Source: an uncultured Chloroflexia bacterium (lineage in GTDB: Bacteria > Chloroflexota > Limnocylindria > Limnocylindrales > CSP1-4). From it: a stretch of 64,000 bases of DNA. Position 1 is the first letter of the stretch. The number at the start of each line of letters is the position of its first letter. Both the position numbers and the translations under genes were made by a program. Under the pieces are notes generated by a model. It did not search any database and was not told the origin of the DNA. It was given only the letters and a program-made list of their open reading frames with translations. The stretch spans positions 448,001 to 512,000 of the forward strand of contig CAVRGP010000011.1 in the NCBI GenBank assembly GCA_963720755.1, read 5' to 3'. Shown here piece after piece: positions 1 to 9,884 of the stretch.

Positions 1-1162
1 CATCGATCCCGCGCCAGGCGGCCGCGAACCCCCCGATCAGGCTGCCGGCGATCTGTCCGATCGCGAGGAACACGGAATAGAGACCCATGATCGCGCCTCG
101 ATCGGTCGGGAAGCGCTCGGACAGGTCGGCCAGCAGGCCGAGCGCTGCCGGCGTGGCCCCGGCCAGGATGAACAGGCCGGTGCCCGCCACGACGACCGCC
201 CCGATGAGGACCGCCGTCGGCAGGTCGGCCGAATGGTTCACCACGAGGGCCGCCACGACCAACCCGGCGCCGCCGAAGATCCCGTACCGGATGATCGTCG
301 TCCTGCGCAGGGCTTTGAACCGGTTTCCCCAATACAGCAGCCCGGCACCGAACACGATGGCGATCGCGATCGCGGCGATGGTGATCTGGTTCGCGTCGAA
401 GCCGCCCATCAACACCTGGTCGGGAAACGCCGGATGTGGCCGTGAGAACTGGAACAGGGATTGGCTGAGCCACAGGCCGATGCTGGCGTTGATCGCGATC
501 CAGGTCGGCGCCAGCAGGAGCACGTGGGCGGACCGGACCAGGGTGGCATAGCGACGGAACCCGACGTGCGGTCCGGCCACCGCCGCGACTTCGCCGGCGG
601 GGTCCTTGACCCCACGCCAGTAGATCAGGAATGACACGGCGTAGATACCGGCATTGAGGAAGAAGGCGGTCGGCCCGATCGCCTCGAACAGCTTCGGCGC
701 CACGATGAACCCGACGCCCAGCCCGGCGAGCGTCGCACCCTCGAACCGCGCCGCCGCCTTGCCGCGCAGGACCTCGTTGCCGGCGGTCGCCAGGGCGATG
801 AAACCGAGGATCGATGGGACGCTGGCCGCGGTCGATGCCCCCTCGAACAGGCGGGTCACACCGAGGATCGGCAGGCTGGTCGTCAATCCGGTCAGGATCA
901 CCGCGATCGCCCCGAAGACCGGTCCGTAGAGCATGATCCGATGGTGCCCGTACCGATCCGACAGGATGCCGAAGATCGGCGAGAGGACCAGCTCGGTCAG
1001 GTAGAACATCGCGGCGAACAGGCCGACGACTCGGGCGTCGATGTCCGGGCCACCATGAGCGGGCAGGTCGGCGAGGTACAAGCCAAGCATCGCACCGGTC
1101 AGGCCCGTGCTGAAGCGCAGCGTGAACGTGCCCAGGAGCACGAACCGGAGTGACCGTTGCAT
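1..1162 (-). CDS. MFS transporter (runs off window edge)
   Basis: Minus-strand frame from ATG at 1162: MQRSLRFVLLGTFTLRFSTGLTGAM; multiple hydrophobic helices; MFS motif A GILSDRYGHHR and a second GLLADLSERF copy. Confidence 0.85.
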   Translation of the reverse strand, partial: MQRSLRFVLLGTFTLRFSTGLTGAMLGLYLADLPAHGGPDIDARVVGLFAAMFYLTELVLSPIFGILSDRYGHHRIMLYGPVFGAIAVILTGLTTSLPILGVTRLFEGASTAASVPSILGFIALATAGNEVLRGKAAARFEGATLAGLGVGFIVAPKLFEAIGPTAFFLNAGIYAVSFLIYWRGVKDPAGEVAAVAGPHVGFRRYATLVRSAHVLLLAPTWIAINASIGLWLSQSLFQFSRPHPAFPDQVLMGGFDANQITIAAIAIAIVFGAGLLYWGNRFKALRRTTIIRYGIFGGAGLVVAALVVNHSADLPTAVLIGAVVVAGTGLFILAGATPAALGLLADLSERFPTDRGAIMGLYSVFLAIGQIAGSLIGGFAAAWRGID

Positions 1163-1251
1163 CGTCCGAATCGTAGCGGGTTCGACTCCGTGCTGGACCC
1201 GGCCCGTATCATGCCCGCAACGTCCCGGCAGCCCACCGGAGGAGGAAACCC

Positions 1252-2103
1252 TTGAGCGGTGTCGCGATCTTCACGGATTCCGCGTCGGACATGGATCCGG
1301 ACCAGGCCGCCGCAGAGGGGATCAGGATCGTCCCGCTGATGGTGAACTTCGGCAGCGAGAGCTTCCGGGCGGGTGTCGACTTGTCGACTGCCGCCTTCTG
1401 GGAGCGGATGACCGCGCCAGACGCCCCGTTCCCAACGACCGCCGCGAGCTCGCCGGGCGATTTCAAGTCCGCCTACGAGGCCGCCTTCGGGGATGGCGCC
1501 GACGCGGTCGTGTCCGTCCACGTGGCGGGAACGTTGTCCGGAACGATCAAGAGTGCCCAGGTCGCCCGGGACATGCTGCCCGACCGGGAGATCCACATCG
1601 TCGACTCGCAAGGCGCATCGATGGCGGAGGGGATCCTCGCGAGGATGGCCGTCCAGATGGCCGCCGACGGCCGGGCGCCGGCCGACATCGCCGAGACGCT
1701 CGAGGAGCGGGCGACGGACATCGTCATCTACCTCACCCTCGAGACGCTCGAGTACCTGAAGAAGGGCGGGCGGATCAGCGGCGCCCAGGCCGCGCTCGGC
1801 ACGCTCTTGTCGGTCAAACCGATCATCCGCGTCCAGGACGGGGTCGTCGCCACGATCGACAAGGTCCGGACCAGATCGAAGGCGCGCGAGAGGATGCTCG
1901 AGCTGATCTGCGAGCGTCCGATCGAGCGGCTCGCGATCCTGCATACGATGAGCCCGGACGTGGAGTCCTTCCGGGACGATGTCATCAGGCGGGCTTCCGG
2001 AAGCCTCGACCCGGCTGACGTGACGATCGATCTGGTCGGTGCATCGGTGGGGCCGCACCTCGGTCCCGGATGCGTGGGAGCGGCGATCCTGTACCGCGCC
2101 TAG
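1252..2103 (+). CDS. DegV family fatty-acid-binding protein
   Basis: IFTDSASD, LSGT, IVDS, LEYLKKGGRIS, LLSVKPII and HLGPG motifs; GGAGG RBS before TTG. Confidence 0.93.
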   Translation: MSGVAIFTDSASDMDPDQAAAEGIRIVPLMVNFGSESFRAGVDLSTAAFWERMTAPDAPFPTTAASSPGDFKSAYEAAFGDGADAVVSVHVAGTLSGTIKSAQVARDMLPDREIHIVDSQGASMAEGILARMAVQMAADGRAPADIAETLEERATDIVIYLTLETLEYLKKGGRISGAQAALGTLLSVKPIIRVQDGVVATIDKVRTRSKARERMLELICERPIERLAILHTMSPDVESFRDDVIRRASGSLDPADVTIDLVGASVGPHLGPGCVGAAILYRA

Positions 2104-2242
2104 GGTTGCCGCTGGGTTGCGGGCAGGTTGCCGATCGGGGGCTATACTGCGGGATGGCCGTGCGCCCCGTGGGGTCGTCCGGGAGACGACCCAGACCGAT
2201 GGCGATGCAGGTGATCGCCCGACACGTGAGGACACCCATCAG

Positions 2243-3508
2243 ATGACCACCGAGCAAGTCGCTGCGCAGATCAACGTTTGGGAAGTGGCCCAGCGACAGT
2301 TCGATCTAGCCGCCGAACGGCTTGGCCTGGACGAAGGCATGCGCCTCGTCCTGCGCGAGCCGCGACGCGAGTTCACCGTCCATTTCCCCGTCCACATGGA
2401 TGACGGATCCGTCCAGGTCTTCACTGGCTATCGAGTCCAGCACAATCTGGGCCGAGGGCCTGCCAAGGGCGGCATCCGCTACCACCAGAATGTCTCTCGG
2501 GACGAAGTCAAGGCCCTGGCGATGTGGATGACCTGGAAGTGCGCGGTCGTCGGGATCCCCTACGGGGGCGGCAAGGGCGGCGTCATCGTCGACCCCAAGA
2601 AGCTCAGCCAGAAGGAACTCGAAGGCCTGACCCGCCGGTACTTCACCGAGATCGAGATCCTGATCGGCCCGGAGAAGGACATCCCGGCGCCGGACGTCAA
2701 CACCAACGCCCAGATCATGGCCTGGATGATGGATACCTATTCCATGCATGCCGGCTACACCGTTCCCGGTGTGGTGACCGGCAAGCCGATCAGCCTGGGC
2801 GGGTCGGAAGGACGGAATGAGGCGACCGCCCGCGGTTGCGTTTACACCGTCGTCGAAGCGGCCCGTCACCTTGGCCTGGATCTCACGACGGCGCGAGCCG
2901 CGGTCCAGGGCTTCGGCAATGCCGGCTCGATCGCCGCCCGTTTGATCGGCGAAGAGGGTGCCACCGTCGTGGCCGTATCGGACTCGACCGGCGGGATCCA
3001 CGATCCGTCCGGACTCGATATCGCCAAGGTCGTGGCCTGGAAGCAGGAACATGGGACCGTCCAGGGGTTCCCGGGTGCGACCGATATCACGAACGCGGAA
3101 GTGCTTGAGATCGACTGCGAGATCCTCATCCCCGCCGCCCTCGAGAACCAGATCACGTCACGGAACGCCGGCAACGTGAAGGCACGATTGGTCGCCGAAG
3201 CGGCCAACGGCCCGACCACCCCGGACGCCGACGAGATCCTGTTCCGCAACGGCGTCTTCCTCGTCCCGGACATCCTGTGCAACGCCGGTGGCGTGACAGT
3301 CAGCTACTTCGAGTGGGTCCAGGACCTCAACCGTGATCACTGGAGCGAGGAGGTCGTCAACGCCAAGCTCAAGGAGATCATGGTCAAGGCGTTCGACGAG
3401 ACCCTGGACATGGCCAAGCGCGAGAAGGTGAACATGCGCACGGCCGCCTATCTCGTGGCGGTCAAACGAGTCGCAGATGCGATGGAGATGCGCGGCCTCT
3501 ACCCGTAG
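2243..3508 (+). CDS. gdhA: Glu/Leu/Phe/Val dehydrogenase (glutamate dehydrogenase)
   Basis: GPAKGGIRYH, GGGKGG, DIPAPDVNT, VQGFGNAG and NAGGVTVSYFEWVQ; start trimmed to ATG 2243. Confidence 0.92.
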   Translation: MTTEQVAAQINVWEVAQRQFDLAAERLGLDEGMRLVLREPRREFTVHFPVHMDDGSVQVFTGYRVQHNLGRGPAKGGIRYHQNVSRDEVKALAMWMTWKCAVVGIPYGGGKGGVIVDPKKLSQKELEGLTRRYFTEIEILIGPEKDIPAPDVNTNAQIMAWMMDTYSMHAGYTVPGVVTGKPISLGGSEGRNEATARGCVYTVVEAARHLGLDLTTARAAVQGFGNAGSIAARLIGEEGATVVAVSDSTGGIHDPSGLDIAKVVAWKQEHGTVQGFPGATDITNAEVLEIDCEILIPAALENQITSRNAGNVKARLVAEAANGPTTPDADEILFRNGVFLVPDILCNAGGVTVSYFEWVQDLNRDHWSEEVVNAKLKEIMVKAFDETLDMAKREKVNMRTAAYLVAVKRVADAMEMRGLYP

Positions 3509-3567
3509 GGGTCGCCGGCGACGGGGCGCGGCCTGCAGCGCCGCGCCCTGGTGCTAGCATTCCGCCC

Positions 3568-4173
3568 ATGCTCGATCACGAAGAGAAGTTCCTGTTCAAG
3601 GAGGAGATCCTCCACCTTTCCAACGCCGTGGCGGAGCCGGGCGTCCTGGACAATGTGGAGGATCTCCTGACCGACGTCATCACCAGCCCGCGCTTCGACT
3701 CGGAGGTCTTCACCCTCGAGCGGAGTCTCCAGGTGATGCTGGGTCCTCGCGCCGGCACGACCCTGGTCGGCCTGCTGACCGTCGCGCCGGAGGTGTTCGA
3801 CGAGGTCGCCGAAGTGCGAGTCCCGTCCGAGATCCACGAGCGATTGGTCGCCTGGCGAGCGCGGTTCGGGCTTGCGATCGACAACGCCCTGAACTTCCTC
3901 AACAACCCGGACGGCATCCAGGGTCACAACTTCGCGACCCAGGTCGCCCACGTCGACGACCGGCGCGTCCTGCAAGGCCGGCTGACCCTCGTCCGATACA
4001 ACAACGAGCCGCAGTTCTTCGTTGCCGACGCCAGCGTCTTCCTGGCCCTCGTCGCGGACATCATGGAACGGCTCGGCCCGTACCTCGAGCCGGACACTGT
4101 CGAGGCCGAGACGCTCGCCCGACTGCGCGACGCGATCCAGCTCATCGAGCGCAAGACCGCAACTCGCACCTGA
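3568..4173 (+). CDS. hypothetical protein
   Basis: 201-aa ORF with strong GC3 codon bias between gdh and the Pta-like gene; TAGCAT -10 box 7 nt before ATG. Confidence 0.75.
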   Translation: MLDHEEKFLFKEEILHLSNAVAEPGVLDNVEDLLTDVITSPRFDSEVFTLERSLQVMLGPRAGTTLVGLLTVAPEVFDEVAEVRVPSEIHERLVAWRARFGLAIDNALNFLNNPDGIQGHNFATQVAHVDDRRVLQGRLTLVRYNNEPQFFVADASVFLALVADIMERLGPYLEPDTVEAETLARLRDAIQLIERKTATRT

Positions 4174-4185
4174 TCGGCGACGGCC

Positions 4186-5289
4186 ATGCGCCATGTCTAT
4201 CTGGCCGCGACCGGGCAGAACCGGGGTAAGACCACGGTCAGTCTGGGCGTGCTCGACGGCTTCCACCGGCGCGGCCTCTCGGCGGGTTTCCTGAAGCCGG
4301 TCGGCCAGCGGACGGTGATCGAAGACGGGGCGCCGGCAGATGAAGACGCCGTCCTGGTGAAGCAGGTCTTCGGCTTGCACGAACCCCTCAGTCAGATGAG
4401 CCCGGTCCACATCCCTCGTGGGTTCACCCAGTCGTACATCGATGGCGAAGTCGTCGCCGATCTGCCGGCCCGGATCCGCACCGCCCATGCCGGCTTCGCC
4501 GACCGTGACATCCTGCTCATCGAGGGGACCGGGCACGCCGGCGTCGGTGCGGTCATCGGGCTGTCGAATGCGACCGTGGCGGCGATGTTGGGAGCCCCCG
4601 CCATCATCGTGTCGGAGGGCGGGGTCGGGCGTCCGATCGACGAGATCGTCCTCAATGCCTCCCTGTTCGAACGGCATGGCGTCAAGGTCGCCGGCGCCAT
4701 CGTCAACAAGGTCGACCTGGACGCCAAACCCGGACTGGCGCGGACCCTCGAACGGGGACTCGAACGTCACGGCATCCCGCTCCTCGGGGTCCTGCCGTAT
4801 CGGCCGATCCTGTCCAACCCGACCCTCGCGATGGTCGTCGCGGGCCTGCATGGGGAGACCATCCACGCGGGTCCGAATCTCGACCAGGTCATCGGTGGGA
4901 TCGCCATCGGGGCGATGGAACCCGAGCACATGCTCCGTCGGATCGGCCCGCGCAGCCTCGTTGTGGTGCCGGGCGATCGTTCCGATGTGATCGCCGCGAT
5001 CGTCGACGCCCGGCGGGATGGATCCGACGGTGGGACCGGAGCGATCGGTCTGCTGCTCTCGGGCGGCTACGTGCTCGAGGACGGGATGCTGGCCGAGATC
5101 AGGGCGGCCGACCTGTTCGCGATGCGCGTGGACGAGGACACCTATCAGGTCGCCTCGGAGCTCCACGACCTGCTGGTCAAGACCCACCCCGCGGACGCCG
5201 GCAAGATCGCCGAGATCAAGGCGCTCCTCTGGGAATACCTCTTCATCGACCGCGTCCTCGAGGCTGCCGAGGAGGCACGGTTCGACTGA
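4186..5289 (+). CDS. BioD-like P-loop + DRTGG protein (stand-alone phosphotransacetylase N-terminal region)
   Basis: ATGQNRGKTT P-loop, FLKPVG, LLIEGTGH, IVNKV, then DRTGG-like VPGDRSDV...LSGG; no PTA_PTB catalytic domain. Confidence 0.8.
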   Translation: MRHVYLAATGQNRGKTTVSLGVLDGFHRRGLSAGFLKPVGQRTVIEDGAPADEDAVLVKQVFGLHEPLSQMSPVHIPRGFTQSYIDGEVVADLPARIRTAHAGFADRDILLIEGTGHAGVGAVIGLSNATVAAMLGAPAIIVSEGGVGRPIDEIVLNASLFERHGVKVAGAIVNKVDLDAKPGLARTLERGLERHGIPLLGVLPYRPILSNPTLAMVVAGLHGETIHAGPNLDQVIGGIAIGAMEPEHMLRRIGPRSLVVVPGDRSDVIAAIVDARRDGSDGGTGAIGLLLSGGYVLEDGMLAEIRAADLFAMRVDEDTYQVASELHDLLVKTHPADAGKIAEIKALLWEYLFIDRVLEAAEEARFD

Positions 5290-5381
5290 GCGCGACGCGG
5301 GCGGCCGGCGGTCGCGGGTGCCAGCAGCGGGCTAGTCGCAGGGGCAGCGGTGGTCGCAGGAGCAGCGGGCTAGTCGCGGAC

Positions 5382-5529
5382 GCGGCCATCGCATCCGTGC
5401 CAGATACGAATTCTCGGTCGTCATCGGCGAGGCGGCCTTCGCATCCGTGCCAGATACGAACCTCGGTCGTCATCGGCGAGGCGGCCTTCGCATCCGTGCC
5501 AGATACGAACCTCGGTCGTCATCGGCGAC
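5382..5529. repeat. 49/50-bp tandem repeat x3
   Basis: GCATCCGTGCCAGATACGAA(TT/C)CTCGGTCGTCATCGGCGA(GGCGGCCTTC) at 5391, 5441 and 5490; diverged inverted copy at 5621-5653. Confidence 0.9.
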
Positions 5530-5682
5530 GCGTGAGGCCCTCGGCGGTCGGCTCGTCGTGGGGTTTGCGCGCGCATCCACGCTGGCGAGTTCGCAGATCG
5601 AGTCCTCAAACGCGGCTCGTGTCGCCGAAGACGATGGTGGGTCGTATGTGGCAAGCGCCGTAAACCCAGGCACCGCGGGTGG

Positions 5683-5791
5683 CAAGCACCGGCGGACCGC
5701 AAGCACCACGGACCGCAGGCACCGGCCGACCGCAAGCACCACGGACCGCAGGCACCGGCCGACCGCAAGCACCACGGACCGCAGGCACCGG
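5683..5791. repeat. 33-bp tandem repeat x3 built from alternating 16/17-bp subunits
   Basis: GACCGCAAGCACCACG-GACCGCAGGCACCGGCC repeated three times plus a partial unit. Confidence 0.9.
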
Positions 5792-5820
5792 GCGCCGCCG
5801 AAATGCGGTCGTGACGATGC

Positions 5821-6657
5821 TCAGTCGAGGACGTCGTTGTCGATGAGGCGGGTCGACCCGAAGCTGACCGCCATCGACAGCAAGGCAGGCCCGTCGACCC
5901 GCTCCAACTCTGCGAGCGTGCGGGCATCCGCCACCGAGACGTAGTCGGCGACCGCCAACGGCTCTGCCTCCAGGACCGTCCGCATCGCTTCGCGCAGGGC
6001 CTCCCCGGAGCGCTCGCCGGCCTCCCACCGCTGTCGCGCGGCCAACAGCGCGCGGCGCAGGACCGGGGCGGCGGCGCGCTCGGCCGGCGACAGGTGGACG
6101 TTCCGGGACGACAGGGCCAGGCCGTCAGGCTCACGGACGGTCGGACAGGCGATCACCTCGGTCGGGATGGCCAGATCCCGCGCCATCTGCCGGATGACCA
6201 TGACCTGCTGGGCATCCTTCTGCCCGAAGTACGCTCGGTCTGCGCCAACGAGGTCGAACAGGATCGCAACGACCGTCGCGACGCCATCGAAATGACCGGG
6301 CCGGGCAGCTCCCTCCAGCGGTCCGGCGACGGCACCGACCGAGATCACGGTGTCGAACCCGGGCGGATAGATCTCCAGCGGATCCGGGGCGAAGACGACG
6401 TCGATCCCCTCCTCGTCACAGATCGCGATGTCGCCGGCCTCATTGCGCGGGTACTGGGTGTAGTCCTCGGCGACATTGAACTGGCGCGGGTTGACGAAGA
6501 TCGTCACGACCGTCGTGGCGTCACTCGCCCGGGCCTGGTGCATCAGCGCCCGGTGGCCGTCGTGGAGCCACCCCATCGTGGGGACCAGGCCGATCGGCCG
6601 AGCTGCCCCGGCAAGGGCCTCGCGCAGCTCGGCCCGGGTTCGTGCCAGTCGGGTCAA
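5821..6657 (-). CDS. panC: pantoate--beta-alanine ligase
   Basis: VPTMGWLHDGH, FVNPRQF, RPGHFDGVATVV, YFGQKDAQQ, LALSSRN, RLIDN; TTG start estimated. Confidence 0.95.
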   Translation of the reverse strand: MTRLARTRAELREALAGAARPIGLVPTMGWLHDGHRALMHQARASDATTVVTIFVNPRQFNVAEDYTQYPRNEAGDIAICDEEGIDVVFAPDPLEIYPPGFDTVISVGAVAGPLEGAARPGHFDGVATVVAILFDLVGADRAYFGQKDAQQVMVIRQMARDLAIPTEVIACPTVREPDGLALSSRNVHLSPAERAAAPVLRRALLAARQRWEAGERSGEALREAMRTVLEAEPLAVADYVSVADARTLAELERVDGPALLSMAVSFGSTRLIDNDVLD

Positions 6658-6676
6658 GCGGCGAGCGGTGCGACGG

Positions 6677-7591
6677 TCACAGGTCCCGGTCCAGGGGGAT
6701 CCCGCCGATCGGGATCGAGTCGCTCGAGCGGTCGGACGAACCGCGTCCGAGGACCTCGTCGAGGATCGCGTCGTCCATCCGTACCGTCTGTTCGGGTCCT
6801 GGGAAGGTCCCCGCCCCGACGTCCGCGGCGTAGGCGCCGGCGGCGTCACGCATCTGTTCGCGCAGCCGCAGATAGGGTCGGGCGTGCTTCGGGATGAAGT
6901 CGCCGAGCCCGACGAGGTCGGTGATGATCTGGACCTGGCCGCTGCAGCCGGCGCCGGCTCCGATCCCGATGGTCGGCACGCTGAGGCGTTCCGTGATCGC
7001 TGCCGCCAGCTGCTCCGGGACGAGTTCGAGGACCATCGAGAACGCCCCGGCTTCCTGGACGGCACGTGCGTCCGCGATCAGCGACCGGGCCTGATCGCGG
7101 GTCTTGCCCTGGACCTTGACCTTGCCCGCGGCATTGATCGACTGGGGGGTGAGGCCGATGTGGCCCATGACCGGGATCCCGGCGCGGACGAGCGCCTCGA
7201 TGATCCGAGCGCTGCGCACGCCGCCTTCGACCTTGACGGCCTGAGCGCCAGCCTCGCGCAGGAAGTGTCCGGCGTTCTCGAGGGCCTCGTCCGGCGTCGC
7301 ATACGACAGGAACGGCATGTCCGCGACGATCAGGGCCCTGGCGCTGCCGCGAACCACGGCCTTCGTGTGATGGAGCATCTCGGCCATCGTCACCCGGACC
7401 GTCGTCTCGTAGCCGAGGACGACTTGCCCGAGCGAATCGCCCACGAGCAGCATCGGGATGCCGGCCTCGTCGAGGATCTGGGCCGTCGGGTAGTCGTAGG
7501 CGGTCAGCATCGGGATGCGCTGGCCGTCGGCGTACATCCTGGCGATATCGGCGACGGTCTGGCGACGGATGGTCTCGGCGGTGGCGCTCAT
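6677..7591 (-). CDS. panB: 3-methyl-2-oxobutanoate hydroxymethyltransferase
   Basis: MLTAYD, LVGDSLG, ADMPF, AVKVEGG, GHIGLTPQS, IGIGAG. Confidence 0.96.
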   Translation of the reverse strand: MSATAETIRRQTVADIARMYADGQRIPMLTAYDYPTAQILDEAGIPMLLVGDSLGQVVLGYETTVRVTMAEMLHHTKAVVRGSARALIVADMPFLSYATPDEALENAGHFLREAGAQAVKVEGGVRSARIIEALVRAGIPVMGHIGLTPQSINAAGKVKVQGKTRDQARSLIADARAVQEAGAFSMVLELVPEQLAAAITERLSVPTIGIGAGAGCSGQVQIITDLVGLGDFIPKHARPYLRLREQMRDAAGAYAADVGAGTFPGPEQTVRMDDAILDEVLGRGSSDRSSDSIPIGGIPLDRDL

Positions 7592-8985
7592 GCTGTCTCC
7601 CCTGCGGGGTCGGTCAGGGCACCAGTCTGCGCGGCGCGCTCCCGCGCGTCCAGCGCCACCGCGATGCGGTCGAGTAGCTCGTCTGCGACGGCCCGCTTCG
7701 ACTGGAGCGGCAAGTCCTCCCGGGATCCGTCGGCAGCCAGGATGGTGACCCGGTTCGTATCCGAGCCGAAGCCGGAACCCGCCTCGGCGACGTCATTGGC
7801 GACCAGGAGATCGACCCGCTTGCGGCTGAGCTTGTCGGCCGCTCGGTCGAGAGAACCCGTCTCCGCGGCAAAGCCGACCAGGATCGGACGAGGGGCAAGA
7901 GGCTGACGGGTCGGGCGGCCGTCGCTGTCGAGTCCGCGGGCGATCCGGGCGATCTCGGCGAGCAGGTCAGGTGTCGCCTCCAGTTCGAGCGACAGGGTCG
8001 AGACCCGCGCCAGCTTCGCATCGGCTGGAGCGACCGGCCGGAAATCCGACACGGCCGCGGCCATGACGAGGGCGTCGAACCCGGGCGATCCGTCGGGACG
8101 ATGCGTGACCCTCAGCAGCGCGGCTCGAAGGTCGGCAGTGGACTCGACCCGGATCACGGTCGCATCGCCGGGCGGTGGGACGCTCATATCGGCGGCGATG
8201 AGGGTCACCCGCGCTCCACGATCGGAGGCGGCCTGGGCGATGGCTACGCCCATCTTCCCCGTCGAGCGATTGCCGATGAACCGGACCGGATCGATCGCCT
8301 CGCGCGTGCCACCCGCCGTGACCACGACATGGCGGCCGGCCAGGTCCGCGTCTCGACTTGGCGAGACGATGGGCGGCCGGGAGGCCGGATCGATCGCCCG
8401 GACGGGCCGGCCCTCGACCGCGGCGGCGACGGCATCGACGATGGACGGAAGGTCCGCGAGTCGTCCCACACCCGACTGCCCGGACGCCAGCGCTCCCACA
8501 TCGGGGTCGACCACCGTATAGCCGAAGGTGCGCAGGCGGGCGACATTCGCGGTCGTCGCGGGGTGCGTCCACATGTCGCCATCCATCGCTGGGGCGACGA
8601 TGACCGGAGCCGCGGTCGCCAGGCAGGCCGCCGTGACGACATCGCCGGACAGGCCGGTGGCCATCGCCGCCAACCAATGGGCGGTGGCCGGGGCGACGAC
8701 GATCGCGTCGGCGCTGTCGCCGATCACGATGTGGCCGATCCGGCCGTCGGGCAGGAGGTCGAGCACGTCCGTCTCGATCGGGTGGCTCGACAGGGCGGCG
8801 AATGACAGGGGGCCGACGAACCGGGTCGCCGCCGGGGTCTCGAGGACCGCGACCGCCGCGCCTTCGGCCTGGAGCAGACGGAGCAGTTCGAGAGCCTTGT
8901 AGGCGGCGATCGAACCAGTCACGCCGAGCCCGATCAGCCGTCCCTCAAGGCGTCCTGCGCCGCCGGGACCGGCCCCGCCGGTCAT
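7588..8985 (-). CDS. coaBC: bifunctional PPC decarboxylase / PPC synthetase
   Basis: GVTGSIAAYKA, APATA, TAGGTREAIDPVRFIGNRSTGKMG, AAAVSDF, GFAAET, VANDV. Confidence 0.95.
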   Translation of the reverse strand: MTGGAGPGGAGRLEGRLIGLGVTGSIAAYKALELLRLLQAEGAAVAVLETPAATRFVGPLSFAALSSHPIETDVLDLLPDGRIGHIVIGDSADAIVVAPATAHWLAAMATGLSGDVVTAACLATAAPVIVAPAMDGDMWTHPATTANVARLRTFGYTVVDPDVGALASGQSGVGRLADLPSIVDAVAAAVEGRPVRAIDPASRPPIVSPSRDADLAGRHVVVTAGGTREAIDPVRFIGNRSTGKMGVAIAQAASDRGARVTLIAADMSVPPPGDATVIRVESTADLRAALLRVTHRPDGSPGFDALVMAAAVSDFRPVAPADAKLARVSTLSLELEATPDLLAEIARIARGLDSDGRPTRQPLAPRPILVGFAAETGSLDRAADKLSRKRVDLLVANDVAEAGSGFGSDTNRVTILAADGSREDLPLQSKRAVADELLDRIAVALDARERAAQTGALTDPAGETA

Positions 8986-9794
8986 CGCAGACCCAGTTCC
9001 AGCGGTTCGCCGCCGCCGACCTCGGCATGCAGGATCGCGAGGCCCTTGAGGGTCAGGTCCGGGTCGACCGCATCGATGCCCTCGAGGCTCGCCGCCCACG
9101 GTGCCGCCGCACGTCCACCGGTCAGGATCGCCTGGACCTCGTCCTCGCGCACGCCGTTCGTTTCCGCGAGTTCGGCGCGCAGCCTGCCGAGCAATCCGGT
9201 CACCAGGGCAACGTGGCCGAGGACGATGCCGGATTGCATCGCGGTGATCGTATCCCGACCGATCGCCCGGTCCGGCGCACGCAGCTCGATCCGCGGCAGT
9301 TTCGCCGTCCTGGCGGCCAGCGCCTCGAGGCCGAGCGCCAGGCCAGGCGCGATCGCACCACCGACATAGGCGCCATCGGCTGCCACGCAGTCGAAGGTCG
9401 TCGCGGTCCCAAGGTCGACCACGACGGAGGGTGTGCCGTACAGTCGGGCCGCGGCGAGGGCATTGACCAGGCGATCGGCACCGACTTCGCCCGGCCGGTC
9501 GACCCGAACGGCGAGGGGCACGGACCCCACACCGGCGACGAGGAGCTGGAGGTCGCGCCGGCTGGCGATGGACTCGATGGCAGCCGTCAACGCCGGTACG
9601 ACCGAGGCCAGGGCGATCGCGTCGATGTCAGCGGTGGCCAACCCATCGAGCCGGAGGAGCCCGTCGAGGAGGAGCTCGATCTCGTCGCTTGTCGCCGTAC
9701 GGTCGGTGGCGGCTCGACGAGTCGCCACCAGGGCACCGGCGCGCAGGACGCCGATGGTGACGTTGGTGTTCCCGATGTCGAGTGCTAGCAGCAT
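8982..9794 (-). CDS. coaX: type III pantothenate kinase
   Basis: LALDIGNTN, ASVVP, GADR, VDLGTATTFD, GGAIAPG, ILTGG, LTLKGL. Confidence 0.95.
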   Translation of the reverse strand: MLLALDIGNTNVTIGVLRAGALVATRRAATDRTATSDEIELLLDGLLRLDGLATADIDAIALASVVPALTAAIESIASRRDLQLLVAGVGSVPLAVRVDRPGEVGADRLVNALAAARLYGTPSVVVDLGTATTFDCVAADGAYVGGAIAPGLALGLEALAARTAKLPRIELRAPDRAIGRDTITAMQSGIVLGHVALVTGLLGRLRAELAETNGVREDEVQAILTGGRAAAPWAASLEGIDAVDPDLTLKGLAILHAEVGGGEPLELGLR

Positions 9795-9884
9795 GCGACG
9801 GATGATACGCGGGCGACACGACCGCACAGCGGTGCGGTACCATCGCACCCGTCGTCCCCCTTCCGCCCACCGAGGAGACGCCGG

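Noticed and set aside
5382-5791. Possible CRISPR array
   Set aside because: Units are head-to-tail with identical intervening sequence; no unique spacers and no cas genes in the window.
8460-8500. CoaBC lacks the E. coli active-site Cys (LASG instead of LACG)
   Set aside because: LASG/PAMD-type variants occur in other bacterial CoaBC proteins; not evidence of inactivation.
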